Positions 42,924 to 53,463 of a DNA stretch of 64,000 bases are shown piece by piece (position 1 is the stretch's first letter; each line of letters begins with the position of its first letter). The notes under the pieces are model-generated. The model was not told the origin of the DNA. It searched no databases and was given only the letters and a program-made list of their open reading frames with translations. A program made the translations under genes and the position numbers. Source of the DNA: Phormidesmis sp. (lineage in GTDB: Bacteria; Cyanobacteriota; Cyanobacteriia; Leptolyngbyales; Leptolyngbyaceae); contig CBDFJR010000005.1 in assembly GCA_965248535.1 (NCBI GenBank), positions 1,792,001 through 1,856,000 on the forward strand. The letters run 5' to 3'.

Positions 42924-45445
42924 AAAATCGGTTTTCAGGTCAGTTTCCTTCTCCCCGCGATCGCCATCCCTTTCGTCGATCTCGGCTGCGGTCTTTGCTG
43001 CTCTGCGGGGTCGGGCTGATCGCAGGCTGGGTCATTCTGCTCTCTCAAGATCACACGTCAGATCGGGTCGCGGCTCAAGGCGTTCAGAAGCAAGAGGATC
43101 AGTTGATCCGATCGTTTAAGCTGCCGAGTTCGCCACCTGCCCCGGTCTATCGCCCTCAAGCGCCTGTCTATCACCCTGAGCCTGAGCCTATTCCTGAATC
43201 TGGGTCTGCACTCGAATCAGTACCCGTACCCGAAGCGATTTCGCCACCGGACGCAGTTGCCCCCCAGCCGCCCCTCGCGATCGCTCCCAACCCAGACAAA
43301 AAGCCAGAATCAACTGAGCCAAACGGTTTAAATCCTCTCAGCCAATACACCCTAGAGTTCAATCGCAGCCCTGCCATTGGCAACCGCTTTCGTCTAGAAG
43401 GCACCTACTCAGAAGCTCGTCTCGGCTTCACCCGCCCTCAGGGTTGGAAGGTCAAATCTGCCAAAGCGGTGATTCGGTTTCAACACTCGCCTGACTTGTT
43501 AAAAGACCGTTCCAACCTGATTGTGCGCGTCAACGATAGGAGCCTTGACAGGGTGCCGCTGAACTTAAAGCAAGCTCAAGTCGGGGAAGCGATCGTCAAC
43601 ATTCCCAGCAATTTGATTCAAGATTACAACGAGATTAGCGTCGTCGCCCAGCAGCAAAACTCACCTAACTGCTCCAATCCTAGAGACAAAGTTCTCTGGT
43701 CAGAGGTGTTGCCAGACTCAAAACTGGTGTTTGACTATCAGCCCCAGCCGATCGCTTTAGATTTTGGCACCTACCCGTTTCCCTTTTTTGATCGCCTCGG
43801 CTTAGATGCCACCCGCCTTAACTACCTGCTTCCCGCTCAAGTCAGTGCAGCTTGGTTGACCTCCGCTAGTCGTTTTCAAACTCAGATGGGGCGGTTAGCA
43901 GATTTTCGTCCGCTAGAAACTCAGTTGGTCAAAGACCTGAAAAATTTTGAACGGCGCGATCGCTTAATCATGATCGGCACGCCCGACGAACAGCCAGCGC
44001 TGAAGACGTTGGATCTGCCGATGACGATCGTCAATCATCAAATTCTCGACAGCAACAAAACGGCTCTGCCTGAAGACGTGGGGATTTTGATGCTGGCAAC
44101 CGTCAAAGAGGGCAGTGTGCCTGCTCTGATTGTGACGGGCAACAGTGCCGCAGGGGTGGCCAAAGCCGTGCAATTTTTAGTTCAGCCTCAAACCAGCAAG
44201 ATTGGCACTGGGCAAGCCATCACCGTCAATGAATTGGCAGAGGTTTCGTCACCTAACCCGCGACAGTGGTCGCGCTATTTACCGCTTCAAAACAGCTTTA
44301 ACTTAAGCGACCTTAAAGGACTCGACAACAAACCCGTCAAAGATATGACGGTGCGTGGCTCGTCGGCTCCTCCGGTGCAGTTTAGCTTTCGGGCGTTGCC
44401 AGACGACAGTTTTTTGCGCGGTAGCTCCATGAATCTGCACTACAGCCACAGCGTCCAAATCAACCCCAGAGAATCCACTATAGAAGTTCGTATTGATGGG
44501 GTCGGGGTTGGCAGTAAAAAGCTGTCGTCAGATGCAGGAGCCACGGACGAAACCTTGAATGTTGACCTCCCCAAAAATTTGATCAAGACCAACTCGGTCA
44601 TCGATGTTTCCTTCAAACTAACGCCCAAACAAATCAACAAATGTGGACAAAGCAGCGACGACCAACTTTGGGGAACCGTCCACGCCAACACGAGTTTCAA
44701 CCTCAAACGAGAAACCTCGGTGCAGTTGCCTGATCTCCAGCTATTGACCACGGGCTTTCCATTCACAGCCCCGCAAGATTTGTCTAAGACCGCGATCGTG
44801 CTCCCCGATTCACCCTCTCAATCAGAGGTGATGACCCTAATGAAAGTGAGTGAACGACTAGGGCGGCTGAGTCAAGCCAACACCATCAAATTAGACGTAT
44901 ATACCGCCGCAAAGCTGCCGGAACCGATCAAAAAAGACCGCAATTTAGTGGGAATTGGCATTCGAGAGCACTTTCCTCTTCAAGAAGTATTTGCGCCCGA
45001 TCGGGGTTTTCGATTGATGAGCGCTTTCGCTCGACAGTCTGATCAAGTACAGATTCAGTCCATCCCCGATGCCGGAGGCGTGATCAAAAGCATTGTTTCG
45101 CCTTGGAACCCCGATCGCATTTTGGTTGCCCTAAGTGCCCAAGCCGACAGCGGACTTCAACAAGTGCAGGATGTGATCAGTCATGACCAGTGGTTTTATC
45201 AACTTCAGAAAGACACGGTTTTAATCAACGCCCGCCAGCCGACTCTTTCCTCTCTCGACTCTAACGCTTACCAACTTCAGTTTTTGCGGCAAGCCCACCC
45301 GCAGAGAATTGCCGCGATCGGGCTGTTAGCCAAAACTCGGCGATTCCTGCAAGATCACTGGTTCTTGCTGCCCACCGGAATCATTGCCCTCTCCTTCCTT
45401 CTCTATGGCATTGCCCAGCTATATCTAAAACGTGTTGCGGGATAG
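42920..45445 (+). CDS. bcsB: Cellulose synthase periplasmic subunit BcsB-like
   Basis: N-terminal hydrophobic segment, repeated CBD/flavodoxin-like pattern (YPFPFFD; LPDLQLLTTGFPFT), C-terminal TM anchor; directly upstream of bcsA. Confidence 0.82.
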   Translation: MKNRFSGQFPSPRDRHPFRRSRLRSLLLCGVGLIAGWVILLSQDHTSDRVAAQGVQKQEDQLIRSFKLPSSPPAPVYRPQAPVYHPEPEPIPESGSALESVPVPEAISPPDAVAPQPPLAIAPNPDKKPESTEPNGLNPLSQYTLEFNRSPAIGNRFRLEGTYSEARLGFTRPQGWKVKSAKAVIRFQHSPDLLKDRSNLIVRVNDRSLDRVPLNLKQAQVGEAIVNIPSNLIQDYNEISVVAQQQNSPNCSNPRDKVLWSEVLPDSKLVFDYQPQPIALDFGTYPFPFFDRLGLDATRLNYLLPAQVSAAWLTSASRFQTQMGRLADFRPLETQLVKDLKNFERRDRLIMIGTPDEQPALKTLDLPMTIVNHQILDSNKTALPEDVGILMLATVKEGSVPALIVTGNSAAGVAKAVQFLVQPQTSKIGTGQAITVNELAEVSSPNPRQWSRYLPLQNSFNLSDLKGLDNKPVKDMTVRGSSAPPVQFSFRALPDDSFLRGSSMNLHYSHSVQINPRESTIEVRIDGVGVGSKKLSSDAGATDETLNVDLPKNLIKTNSVIDVSFKLTPKQINKCGQSSDDQLWGTVHANTSFNLKRETSVQLPDLQLLTTGFPFTAPQDLSKTAIVLPDSPSQSEVMTLMKVSERLGRLSQANTIKLDVYTAAKLPEPIKKDRNLVGIGIREHFPLQEVFAPDRGFRLMSAFARQSDQVQIQSIPDAGGVIKSIVSPWNPDRILVALSAQADSGLQQVQDVISHDQWFYQLQKDTVLINARQPTLSSLDSNAYQLQFLRQAHPQRIAAIGLLAKTRRFLQDHWFLLPTGIIALSFLLYGIAQLYLKRVAG

Positions 45446-45449
45446 ACTT

Positions 45450-48020
45450 ATGATCCATTCTGATTTAGACCCTCAGCGATCGCTCACTAGAAATCGAGGT
45501 GAGCGACTGGTGACGTGGTTGGCTGACCTCACGCCTAGCTTCTGCGATCGCACCTTGCAGCAGACAGGACGCACTCAGCTAATTTGGCTGATGGTGTTCC
45601 TACTGATCCTGTCTATTCCGCTGATCATCACCCCTCTGGAAGTCTGGCAACAGGGGCTAGTCGCCGTCTTTTTAATGACCATTGGCTGGCTCGTTGCCGC
45701 GATAGAACAAAAACAGACAGGCGGTGACACGAGCGAATATCTTCACCTATTTATGGTGTGGTTGAGCCTGCTTACAACGGTTCGCTATCTCTATTACCGC
45801 ACTCATTACACGCTAAATCTGACCACCGGATGGATTGATGCCGTTTTTAGCATCTTGCTCTATGGGGCAGAACTCTATGCGATCTTGACCCTAGCGTTAG
45901 CATTTTTCCAAACGCTGCGCTTAAAAGAACGCACGTCAATTGATCTGACTCCCATTCCTCAAGATCAGTGGTTTAACGTTGACATCTACATTCCGACTTA
46001 TAGCGAAGATGTAGAGATTGTGCGTAAAACAGCGATCGGGGCCTTAGCGATCGACTACCCGGCCGCGAAAAAGACGGTTTATGTTCTAGATGATGGTCGG
46101 GCTGAGAAATATCAAGTTCGTCGAGAAAAACTGCGTCAGATGTGTGACGAACTCGGCTGCACCATGCTGACACGAGACAACAACGACCACGCCAAAGCCG
46201 GAAATATCAACACGGCGATGCGAAGAACGGGAGGCGATCTAATTTTGATTTTAGATTGCGATCACGTTCCGGTGCGTCACTTTCTCAAAGACACCGTAGG
46301 CTTCTTTTACAACCCGAAAGTCTCCCTCGTTCAAACGCCTCACTGGTTCTATAACCCCGACCCCTTTGAGCGAAATTTGCAAACGGGTGGCAAGATTCCG
46401 GTGGGCAATGAGTTGTTTTATAAAGTGTTGCAAAAAGGCAATGACTTTTGGAATGCGGCTTTTTTCTGCGGGTCGGCGGCCGTCGTTCGCAAGGCCCATC
46501 TGCTAGAAATTGGCGGTATCGCCGTCGAAACAGTCACCGAAGATTGTCACACCTCGCTCAGGCTCCACTCCCTTGGCTACGAGTCTGTCTACTACGACAG
46601 AATTATGGTGGCTGGTTTGGCTCCTGAAAATTTTTCGGCTTATGTGGGTCAGCAGATTCGCTGGGCGAGAGGCATGGCGCAGATTTTGCGGATCGAAAAT
46701 CCTCTTTTTAACCCCAATCTAAAGCTGTCTATTCCTCAAAGAATTTGCTATTTCAGCGCCACGTCGCATTTCTTCTTCGGCTTTCCCCGCTTGATGTATG
46801 CCGTAGCTCCGGCCATCTTTTTGGTGTTTAACATCAACCCAATTCGGGGTCTAGGGCTAGAAACCCTGGCTTATGCGCTGCCGCACTTCTTCATCTCTAC
46901 CTACGCTAACTACATCACTTATAAACACGTTCGCTTTTCTTTTTGGAACGAAATCTATGAGTTTGCAATGTCGTTTCACGCGGGGCTAGTGACCTTGTTG
47001 GCGTTGGTTAATCCCAAATTAGGATCATTTAACGTCACAGATAAGGGCATCTCGGTGACGAAACGCTCTTTTGACTGGACTTCGGCTCGCGGACTCGTGA
47101 TGACAGGCATTTTGGTGGCGGCGGCGATCGCCATCGTTCCCTTCCGGCTCTACTTCCAGAAAGAAGACACAGAAGCCATCATAGTCAACATGGTCTGGAG
47201 TTTGTTCAATCTGATCTTAATTTGCTCGGCGCTGTTAGTTGCCTTTGAGCAACCTCAACTCAGACGCTCACACCGTCTAGAACGCAAGCTCACAGGAATT
47301 ATCTACAGCGAAGACTTAACTCTCAAGGGCATAACCGATAATGTCAGTGAATCTGGGTGTCAACTGATTCTTGATTCTTGGTCAAACCTGCTAGATAGAG
47401 TTGAACTAGAGTTAATTGGCGACTATGGTGCCAGAGCCTTTGTTACCGCAGATGTGATTCGCGCAGTGCCATTAAATGAATCACAAACTTTGTTGTCGAT
47501 CGAGTTTGTTGAGCCAAACCGCACTCAACTTGATGATCTCAACCGAGTCATTTACTCAGACGTGCGCGAGTGGTATTCTCAGCAGCGCGATCGCGTCGAT
47601 GACCCAATGGAGTCGTTTAAATTTATCGCCAGCAGCGTCACCCGATCGTTCCGCAAGCGAGAAGCGGCCGTTGTCAATGCTAAGTTACGCAAGCCAATTC
47701 ATGCCTATGCTCAGGTCTATTGGCAAGGGCGGTTATATCCAGCCGTGGCGACTGAAATCAGTCATCGCAGCTTGCAGATAGAACTAGAGACAGGAGTGCT
47801 CGACGATCGCACTCCGTTAAGTCGCAGTCAGCCCGTGGGTTTGTTGGTGAGTCAAGCCGTTAGTGAACCCTTACCTAAACGACTATTGGCTCAAGTTGAA
47901 ACGGTAAATACCATCTGCGATCGCCAAGGAAGCCGTCTGGTGTTGGAGCTAGTTTTTCCTGAGCAAATTATGAAACGTCAGGCAACAACTATTAAGTACC
48001 TCTTGAAAACGTTGAGCTAG
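45450..48020 (+). CDS. bcsA: Cellulose synthase catalytic subunit (GT2 + PilZ)
   Basis: DDG, HAKAGN, DCD, QTPH, FFCGS, TED, QQIRW, FNVTDK; PilZ motifs RRSHR and NVSESG. Confidence 0.93.
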   Translation: MIHSDLDPQRSLTRNRGERLVTWLADLTPSFCDRTLQQTGRTQLIWLMVFLLILSIPLIITPLEVWQQGLVAVFLMTIGWLVAAIEQKQTGGDTSEYLHLFMVWLSLLTTVRYLYYRTHYTLNLTTGWIDAVFSILLYGAELYAILTLALAFFQTLRLKERTSIDLTPIPQDQWFNVDIYIPTYSEDVEIVRKTAIGALAIDYPAAKKTVYVLDDGRAEKYQVRREKLRQMCDELGCTMLTRDNNDHAKAGNINTAMRRTGGDLILILDCDHVPVRHFLKDTVGFFYNPKVSLVQTPHWFYNPDPFERNLQTGGKIPVGNELFYKVLQKGNDFWNAAFFCGSAAVVRKAHLLEIGGIAVETVTEDCHTSLRLHSLGYESVYYDRIMVAGLAPENFSAYVGQQIRWARGMAQILRIENPLFNPNLKLSIPQRICYFSATSHFFFGFPRLMYAVAPAIFLVFNINPIRGLGLETLAYALPHFFISTYANYITYKHVRFSFWNEIYEFAMSFHAGLVTLLALVNPKLGSFNVTDKGISVTKRSFDWTSARGLVMTGILVAAAIAIVPFRLYFQKEDTEAIIVNMVWSLFNLILICSALLVAFEQPQLRRSHRLERKLTGIIYSEDLTLKGITDNVSESGCQLILDSWSNLLDRVELELIGDYGARAFVTADVIRAVPLNESQTLLSIEFVEPNRTQLDDLNRVIYSDVREWYSQQRDRVDDPMESFKFIASSVTRSFRKREAAVVNAKLRKPIHAYAQVYWQGRLYPAVATEISHRSLQIELETGVLDDRTPLSRSQPVGLLVSQAVSEPLPKRLLAQVETVNTICDRQGSRLVLELVFPEQIMKRQATTIKYLLKTLS

Positions 48021-48146
48021 AGCTTAAATCTTCTGGGTTATGATGGGGCATCAAAAGGTGTCCCTTTAATTTTGGAACGTTGCGCTACGATCGTCACAAA
48101 AAAAGGCAAATTTTCATTCGCCCTGTCGATTTAATAGTGTTTAGAA

Positions 48147-48911
48147 TTAATTGTTTGAACCTGACTCTTCTAAGTCGCTTTGAAACAACTCGATTAGATG
48201 ACAGCTTTGCAGGAGGGTGGCACTCTCTGGCATCAGAAAATCTTGCAGTTTATAGACTTGTTGAAGAATGGCCAGTTCTCGCCCATACTCTTGTTGAATC
48301 GTGGCAACGTTGGTTTCAAAACCTGTCGCGATCGGCGCAGTTTTGAGCAGGTGCAGCGCCATATTGATAGTAGACAAGGGATTGCGTAGCTCTTGATAGA
48401 AGTGATTTAATAACCCATCACGAGTGCTAGAAGAATGGGTTACTTCACTATCGGGCTGCTGCAACGATTGAGAGTGAGCGGAGCTAACGCTGCTCTCTAG
48501 TTGAGTGCTTTCGATCTGTTTGTGATAGCGCTCTAAAAGCGCCGCCTGCTTGGCAAGGCGAACTGAAATCGCCCCCAGCAACTCTGTAGCAGTGCAGGGT
48601 TTGGTGAGATAGTCATCGGCTCCTAGCTCCATGCCATAGCGGATGTCTGCCTTGGTGCCTCTAGCCGTGAGAAAGATGAAGGGAATGTCTGCGGTGTGGG
48701 TGGCTTGACGAAGATTGGTCAGAACCGAATAGCCATCTAAATCAGGCATTTGCACATCGCAGAGAATTAAATCGGGGTGATTGTCGCGGGCAAGTTGCAG
48801 CCCAACATTGCCATTTTCGCCGCCTATGCCACTAAAGCCTTCTGCTTCTAGCAGATCTAGAATCGATTCTCGAACGGTTTGTTCATCTTCAATGACTAAG
48901 ATTTTTTTCAT
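48147..48911 (-). CDS. Response regulator with degenerate C-terminal HisKA-like helix
   Basis: [31 protein letters not shown]-terminal [12 protein letters not shown]; no HATPase domain. Confidence 0.85.
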   Translation of the reverse strand: MKKILVIEDEQTVRESILDLLEAEGFSGIGGENGNVGLQLARDNHPDLILCDVQMPDLDGYSVLTNLRQATHTADIPFIFLTARGTKADIRYGMELGADDYLTKPCTATELLGAISVRLAKQAALLERYHKQIESTQLESSVSSAHSQSLQQPDSEVTHSSSTRDGLLNHFYQELRNPLSTINMALHLLKTAPIATGFETNVATIQQEYGRELAILQQVYKLQDFLMPESATLLQSCHLIELFQSDLEESGSNN

Positions 48912-50041
48912 ATGCTGAATAGCAGTTCCCTGACGGTAGCGTGACTGTAAAGATAGTTCCTGTTTCGACCTCGCTGAACACTTCAATCGTGCCACCGTGT
49001 AAATCAACGCATTGTTTGACGATCGAGAGTCCTAACCCTGTTCCAGGAATCGCTTTAACGTTGCTGGCGCGATAGAAGGAATCGAACAACCGCGATTGGT
49101 CAATCATCGGAATACCAATACCGTAATCTTGAATTTGGAATACGATTGTTTCCTTGTTATAAGTTAAGTTAAATTCTATCTTTTTGCCTTGGGGAGAATA
49201 CTTAATTGCATTCGACAAGATGTTAGTTAGGATATGTCTTAATAGGTTTTCATCCAAACAAGGAAAAGATAGATTCTCTGCATCTAAAAAATCTGCATTT
49301 CTATAAGTGAGATCAATAGGACAGTAGGGCGATCGACTGAGTTGAAATTCTTCAACCAACTCTTTACAAAATTGCAGAAGATCGAGTGATTGAGGGTTAA
49401 AGGGCAAATCACCTGACTCAGTTTCCCCGATCGTCAACACATCATTCAATAGCTGATTCATGCGTCTGACCGATAGCTGAATGCGCTGTAAATATCCTTG
49501 CTTTCTCTCTGGTGAAATCTCTGCGTCGTAGCGTTCTAAAAGCTCGGTCGAAAAAAGAATCGCATTGAGAGGATTGCGAAACTCATGGGAGACAACCGCA
49601 ACAAATCGCGATTTTATTTGATTGAGTTCTTTCTCTTTGGCAAGCGCTAGCTGAATAGCGACTTCAGCCTGATAGCGAGAGAGGGCGATCTCGATCGTGG
49701 TAATTAACTCTCGATCTTCAAAGGGCTTTAGAATATAGCCAAAAGGCTCTGTAATCTTTGCTCTTCTCAGAGTATTTTCATCAGCATGAGCCGTTAAGTA
49801 GACGACCGGAAGATTGAACTCTCTGCGAAGTTTTTCTGCGGTTTCTACACCATCGATTTCGCCCCTCAGACGAATATCCATCAACACCAGATCAGGGCTA
49901 AACTGGGCCGGTTAGATTGAGAGCTTCGTCAGCGCAGGTGGCGATCGCCACGACTTTATATCCCGCATTGACTAAACTATTTTGAATATCTAAAGCAATA
50001 ATGCTTTCATCTTCAACAATCAGAATTTTGGCAGTTAACAT
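48889..50041 (-). CDS. Hybrid histidine kinase REC-HisKA-HATPase, split by a +1 frameshift near 49908
   Basis: ATG at 50041 gives [18 protein letters not shown], which joins [35 protein letters not shown]. Confidence 0.87.
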
Positions 50042-53000
50042 CGACTAAACCTTTTGTTTTGCTCGGCAAACGTGATCTTAAAAGCTGTTCCCTGTAGACA
50101 CTCTAAATCAATCGTCCCGTGTAGCTGTTTGGTGAGGCTGCACACTAGCTGTAATCCCAAAGATTTTGTGTTGCGGAAGTTCAAATCCGTTGGAAACCCT
50201 GAGCCGTTGTCTTCAACCCTTAACGTGTAATAGTTTTCAGTTTCAGAGGCAAGATAGATGCTAATTTCTCCGGTCTGACCTGCTGAAAAAGCATATTTCA
50301 GCGAGTTTGAAATCAGTTCGTTAATGATTAGCCCACAGGGAATCGCCGTATCAATGCTGAGACGCACATCTTCTACCTGTAGATTGAGCTTGATTAAGCG
50401 CGAACTGACTGAATAGGAGCGAAACAAATCGGTGGTTAAACTGCGGATATATTCTGCGAAATCAGTCTTGGCTAAATCATCTGATTGATAAAGTTTTTCG
50501 TGGATCAAGGCCATCGCCCGGACGCGATTTTGACTTTCTTTAAACACTTCTAAGATGCGATCGTCTTTAATGTACCCGGCTTGCAGCTTCAGCAAGCTAG
50601 AAATGACCTGAAGATTGTTTTTAACGCGATGGTGAATCTCCTTAAGCAGCACCTCTTTTTCTTCAAGAGAGGCGCGAACCTGATTTTCTGCCCACTTGCG
50701 ATCGCTGATGTCAACCACTGAGCCAATGATCTCCACCGGGTGCCCCTGACGATCGCGCAAAACTTTCATGCCGTCTCGCAGCCAGCGATAGGAGCCATCT
50801 TGATGCAGAAATCGATATTCACAGGTGAGTTGCTCGACCTCGAAGAGCTGAGAGACGTGATCTAGCACATCTGGCAAATCTTCAGGATGAACCCGATCGA
50901 GCCAGAATCGGGATTCCTTCAAATATTGCCAGACTTCGTAGCCCAACTGCTGAGTAATATTTTCGCTGACAAACGTGCAGGAGCGGCTGCGATTGGGGTA
51001 GCAGGTATAAATGATCGAGGGATTCGACGAGAGGAGATATTTCAAACGGGCTTGAGTCGCGATCAGCGCTTTCTCTGCCCACTTGCGATCGGTGATGTCG
51101 CGCTGCAACGCCACATAATGCGTCAGCTTTCCCTCGTCAAAGATGGGCACAATGTTGAGATCAACCCAAAACTCAGAGCCGTCTTTGCGGTAGTTGACCA
51201 ACTCTGTCTGAATCGGCTTGTTGAGCCGCAGCGCTTGGCGAACTTTGTCCAATTGGGCCCGATCGCTTCTAGTTCCTTGCAGCAGGCGCGGAGTCTTGCC
51301 GATCACCTCTTCGGGGGCATAGCCTGTTGACTCTGTGAACGCAGAATTGGTGTAAGTAATTTTGGGATCGTCCGCGTCACCCGTCGTGATGATCACCGCA
51401 TCATGCCCGTTAACCACCACCGACTCAAACAGACGCAGACGCTCTTCGGCTCGCTGGCGCTCTTGCTGGGCCTGCGCTTCTTGAAGCACGATCGACAGAT
51501 AATCAGCAATCTCAGTCAGGGTTGAAATCTCATAGTCACTCCACTGGCGTGGCTCAGGCGAGTTAAAGCTAATTAACCCAATTTGCTGAACTGAGTGCTG
51601 AACGGGAACCGTGAGCAAGGCGCGGGTGCCTCTTGAAAGCAGACTGCTCACGACGGGGGTCAAAAAGTCAGATTGAGTGACATCGGCGACCACGATCGGC
51701 TGGCGGAGATCAATGATCTGACCATAGGCGGGCGCTTCTCGCACATCTAATAAGACCACTCCCGCTAGATCCATCAGAGTCTCAGGTTGAGCCGAGTGAA
51801 TGGCGGTCAAAACGCTATCAACGATCACACTATAGACAGCGCGGAGCGTTGGGAAGTGTTGGCTGAGTTGGTGAATGGTGGACTGAAGGACTTGCTCGAT
51901 CGATTGCCCTGATGTGATGCCTCTCGAAATGTTGTTGAGGAGTTGCAGGCAGACTTGACTCTCGCGCAAACTCTGCTCAATCTGCCGCCGCTGGGCGATT
52001 TCTAGCTGAAGCTGCTGGTTGGTGCAGCGCAGTTCGGCAGTGCGTTCTTCAACGCGAATTTCTAAGTCTTCTTTTGCGTCACGAAGCGCTTGTTCTGCCT
52101 GTTTGCGGGCGGTCACGTCAGTCGCAATGCCAATCATGCCTGACACCTCTCCTCGGTGATCGAGTAGCGGGGTGCCTCGATTGTCATAAATCACTCCCTC
52201 GACGTGCAAAATCGAGTTGATTTCTGCCCCGTTGAGCACCTGTTGAGCCGCTTGAATGACGCTGGGATAGTCTTTATATAAGTCAAAAACAGAGCGGCCT
52301 ACGACTTCGCCTGACTTGAGGTTGAGAGCTTCTAGCCCTTTGCCCTCTGACAGCGTAAAAATGCCATCTTGATCGAGGGCATACAAAATAGTCGGGGTGT
52401 TGGTGACCACAGTCCGCAGCAGTTCTTCGCGGGCGGCGAGGGCAACTTCGGCGAGTTTAGCGTTGGTGACATCGCGGCAACTGATGATTCTGCCGATCGT
52501 GCGATCGCCCAATTTTTGCGGTTTAGAATGGCGCTCAAAAAACCGTCCGTCGTGCAGTTCTAACAGCAGGTGGGTCTCAAGATTGGGCTGCTCCAGTTCA
52601 GCCTGTAGCTCTTCTAAGAGCAAAGCGGGATCTTTGAGTTGTTCGATCGTGGCGGCTAATAGCTCTTGGTCGTTTTGCATCGGCAGCACCGAATCTGACA
52701 AACTCCATTGCGTGATGAATTGTCGATTCATCGTCAGAATGTTGCCAAAAATGTCGATCGCCAAAATGCCGTCTACGGTTGATTCTAAAGTCGTTTGCAG
52801 GAGACAGAGCGACTGTTCTAAATTCGCCTGGGTGCGTCTGCGATCGGTGATGTCGGTGATCATGGCCAAAACGCCTGTGTAGTCGCCTTGGGTGTTAAAA
52901 ATTGAGGTGGCAGAGACGATCGCCCACAAATCGACCCCGTTTTTGCAGCGAAACTTGCAGTCATGGGGGGCTTGAATGCCGTGCCGCAGTTGCTCTAGAC

Positions 53001-53463
53001 AGGTCATGGCAATTTCTCGCCCTTCGCTGTCCATAAAGTCAAACACTGACCTGCCCTGCATTTCTTCAACCCGATAGCCCAGCATTTGGGCGAGTCTTCC
53101 GTTGGCAAATTCGGTATTTTCGTCAGCGTCTAAGACCCAAATTCCTTCGGTGGCGGTTTCAATAATGCGGCGATAGCGGTCTTCGCTGTCTCGCAGGGCA
53201 GCTTCGGTGCGCTGATAGTCTAGGATGGCAGATTGGTCGATCGCGTGCGTCATGCGTTCTAAAAACCGAACTTCAGCTTCGGCTCGTTGACGCTGTTCTC
53301 GCTCCCAGGCTGACTGTTGCTGAAGCTGGGCGATCGTGGTTTTCACATCTGACAGGCACGATCGTAGGTGTGCTGCTAACTCAGGGTCGAGGAGAGTCTG
53401 AGTCCACTGGTCGATCGTGTGCTGAAGCATAATCAATGAGGACGGTGACTGGATGAGTTGCAT
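50035..53463 (-). CDS. Cytoplasmic multi-PAS/GAF sensor histidine kinase (HisKA_2 type)
   Basis: Several PAS/PAC repeats (DITDRK), one GAF, EIHHRVKNNLQ, NELISNSLKYAF, DNGSG, SLGLQLV. Confidence 0.92.
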   Translation of the reverse strand: MQLIQSPSSLIMLQHTIDQWTQTLLDPELAAHLRSCLSDVKTTIAQLQQQSAWEREQRQRAEAEVRFLERMTHAIDQSAILDYQRTEAALRDSEDRYRRIIETATEGIWVLDADENTEFANGRLAQMLGYRVEEMQGRSVFDFMDSEGREIAMTCLEQLRHGIQAPHDCKFRCKNGVDLWAIVSATSIFNTQGDYTGVLAMITDITDRRRTQANLEQSLCLLQTTLESTVDGILAIDIFGNILTMNRQFITQWSLSDSVLPMQNDQELLAATIEQLKDPALLLEELQAELEQPNLETHLLLELHDGRFFERHSKPQKLGDRTIGRIISCRDVTNAKLAEVALAAREELLRTVVTNTPTILYALDQDGIFTLSEGKGLEALNLKSGEVVGRSVFDLYKDYPSVIQAAQQVLNGAEINSILHVEGVIYDNRGTPLLDHRGEVSGMIGIATDVTARKQAEQALRDAKEDLEIRVEERTAELRCTNQQLQLEIAQRRQIEQSLRESQVCLQLLNNISRGITSGQSIEQVLQSTIHQLSQHFPTLRAVYSVIVDSVLTAIHSAQPETLMDLAGVVLLDVREAPAYGQIIDLRQPIVVADVTQSDFLTPVVSSLLSRGTRALLTVPVQHSVQQIGLISFNSPEPRQWSDYEISTLTEIADYLSIVLQEAQAQQERQRAEERLRLFESVVVNGHDAVIITTGDADDPKITYTNSAFTESTGYAPEEVIGKTPRLLQGTRSDRAQLDKVRQALRLNKPIQTELVNYRKDGSEFWVDLNIVPIFDEGKLTHYVALQRDITDRKWAEKALIATQARLKYLLSSNPSIIYTCYPNRSRSCTFVSENITQQLGYEVWQYLKESRFWLDRVHPEDLPDVLDHVSQLFEVEQLTCEYRFLHQDGSYRWLRDGMKVLRDRQGHPVEIIGSVVDISDRKWAENQVRASLEEKEVLLKEIHHRVKNNLQVISSLLKLQAGYIKDDRILEVFKESQNRVRAMALIHEKLYQSDDLAKTDFAEYIRSLTTDLFRSYSVSSRLIKLNLQVEDVRLSIDTAIPCGLIINELISNSLKYAFSAGQTGEISIYLASETENYYTLRVEDNGSGFPTDLNFRNTKSLGLQLVCSLTKQLHGTIDLECLQGTAFKITFAEQNKRFSRC

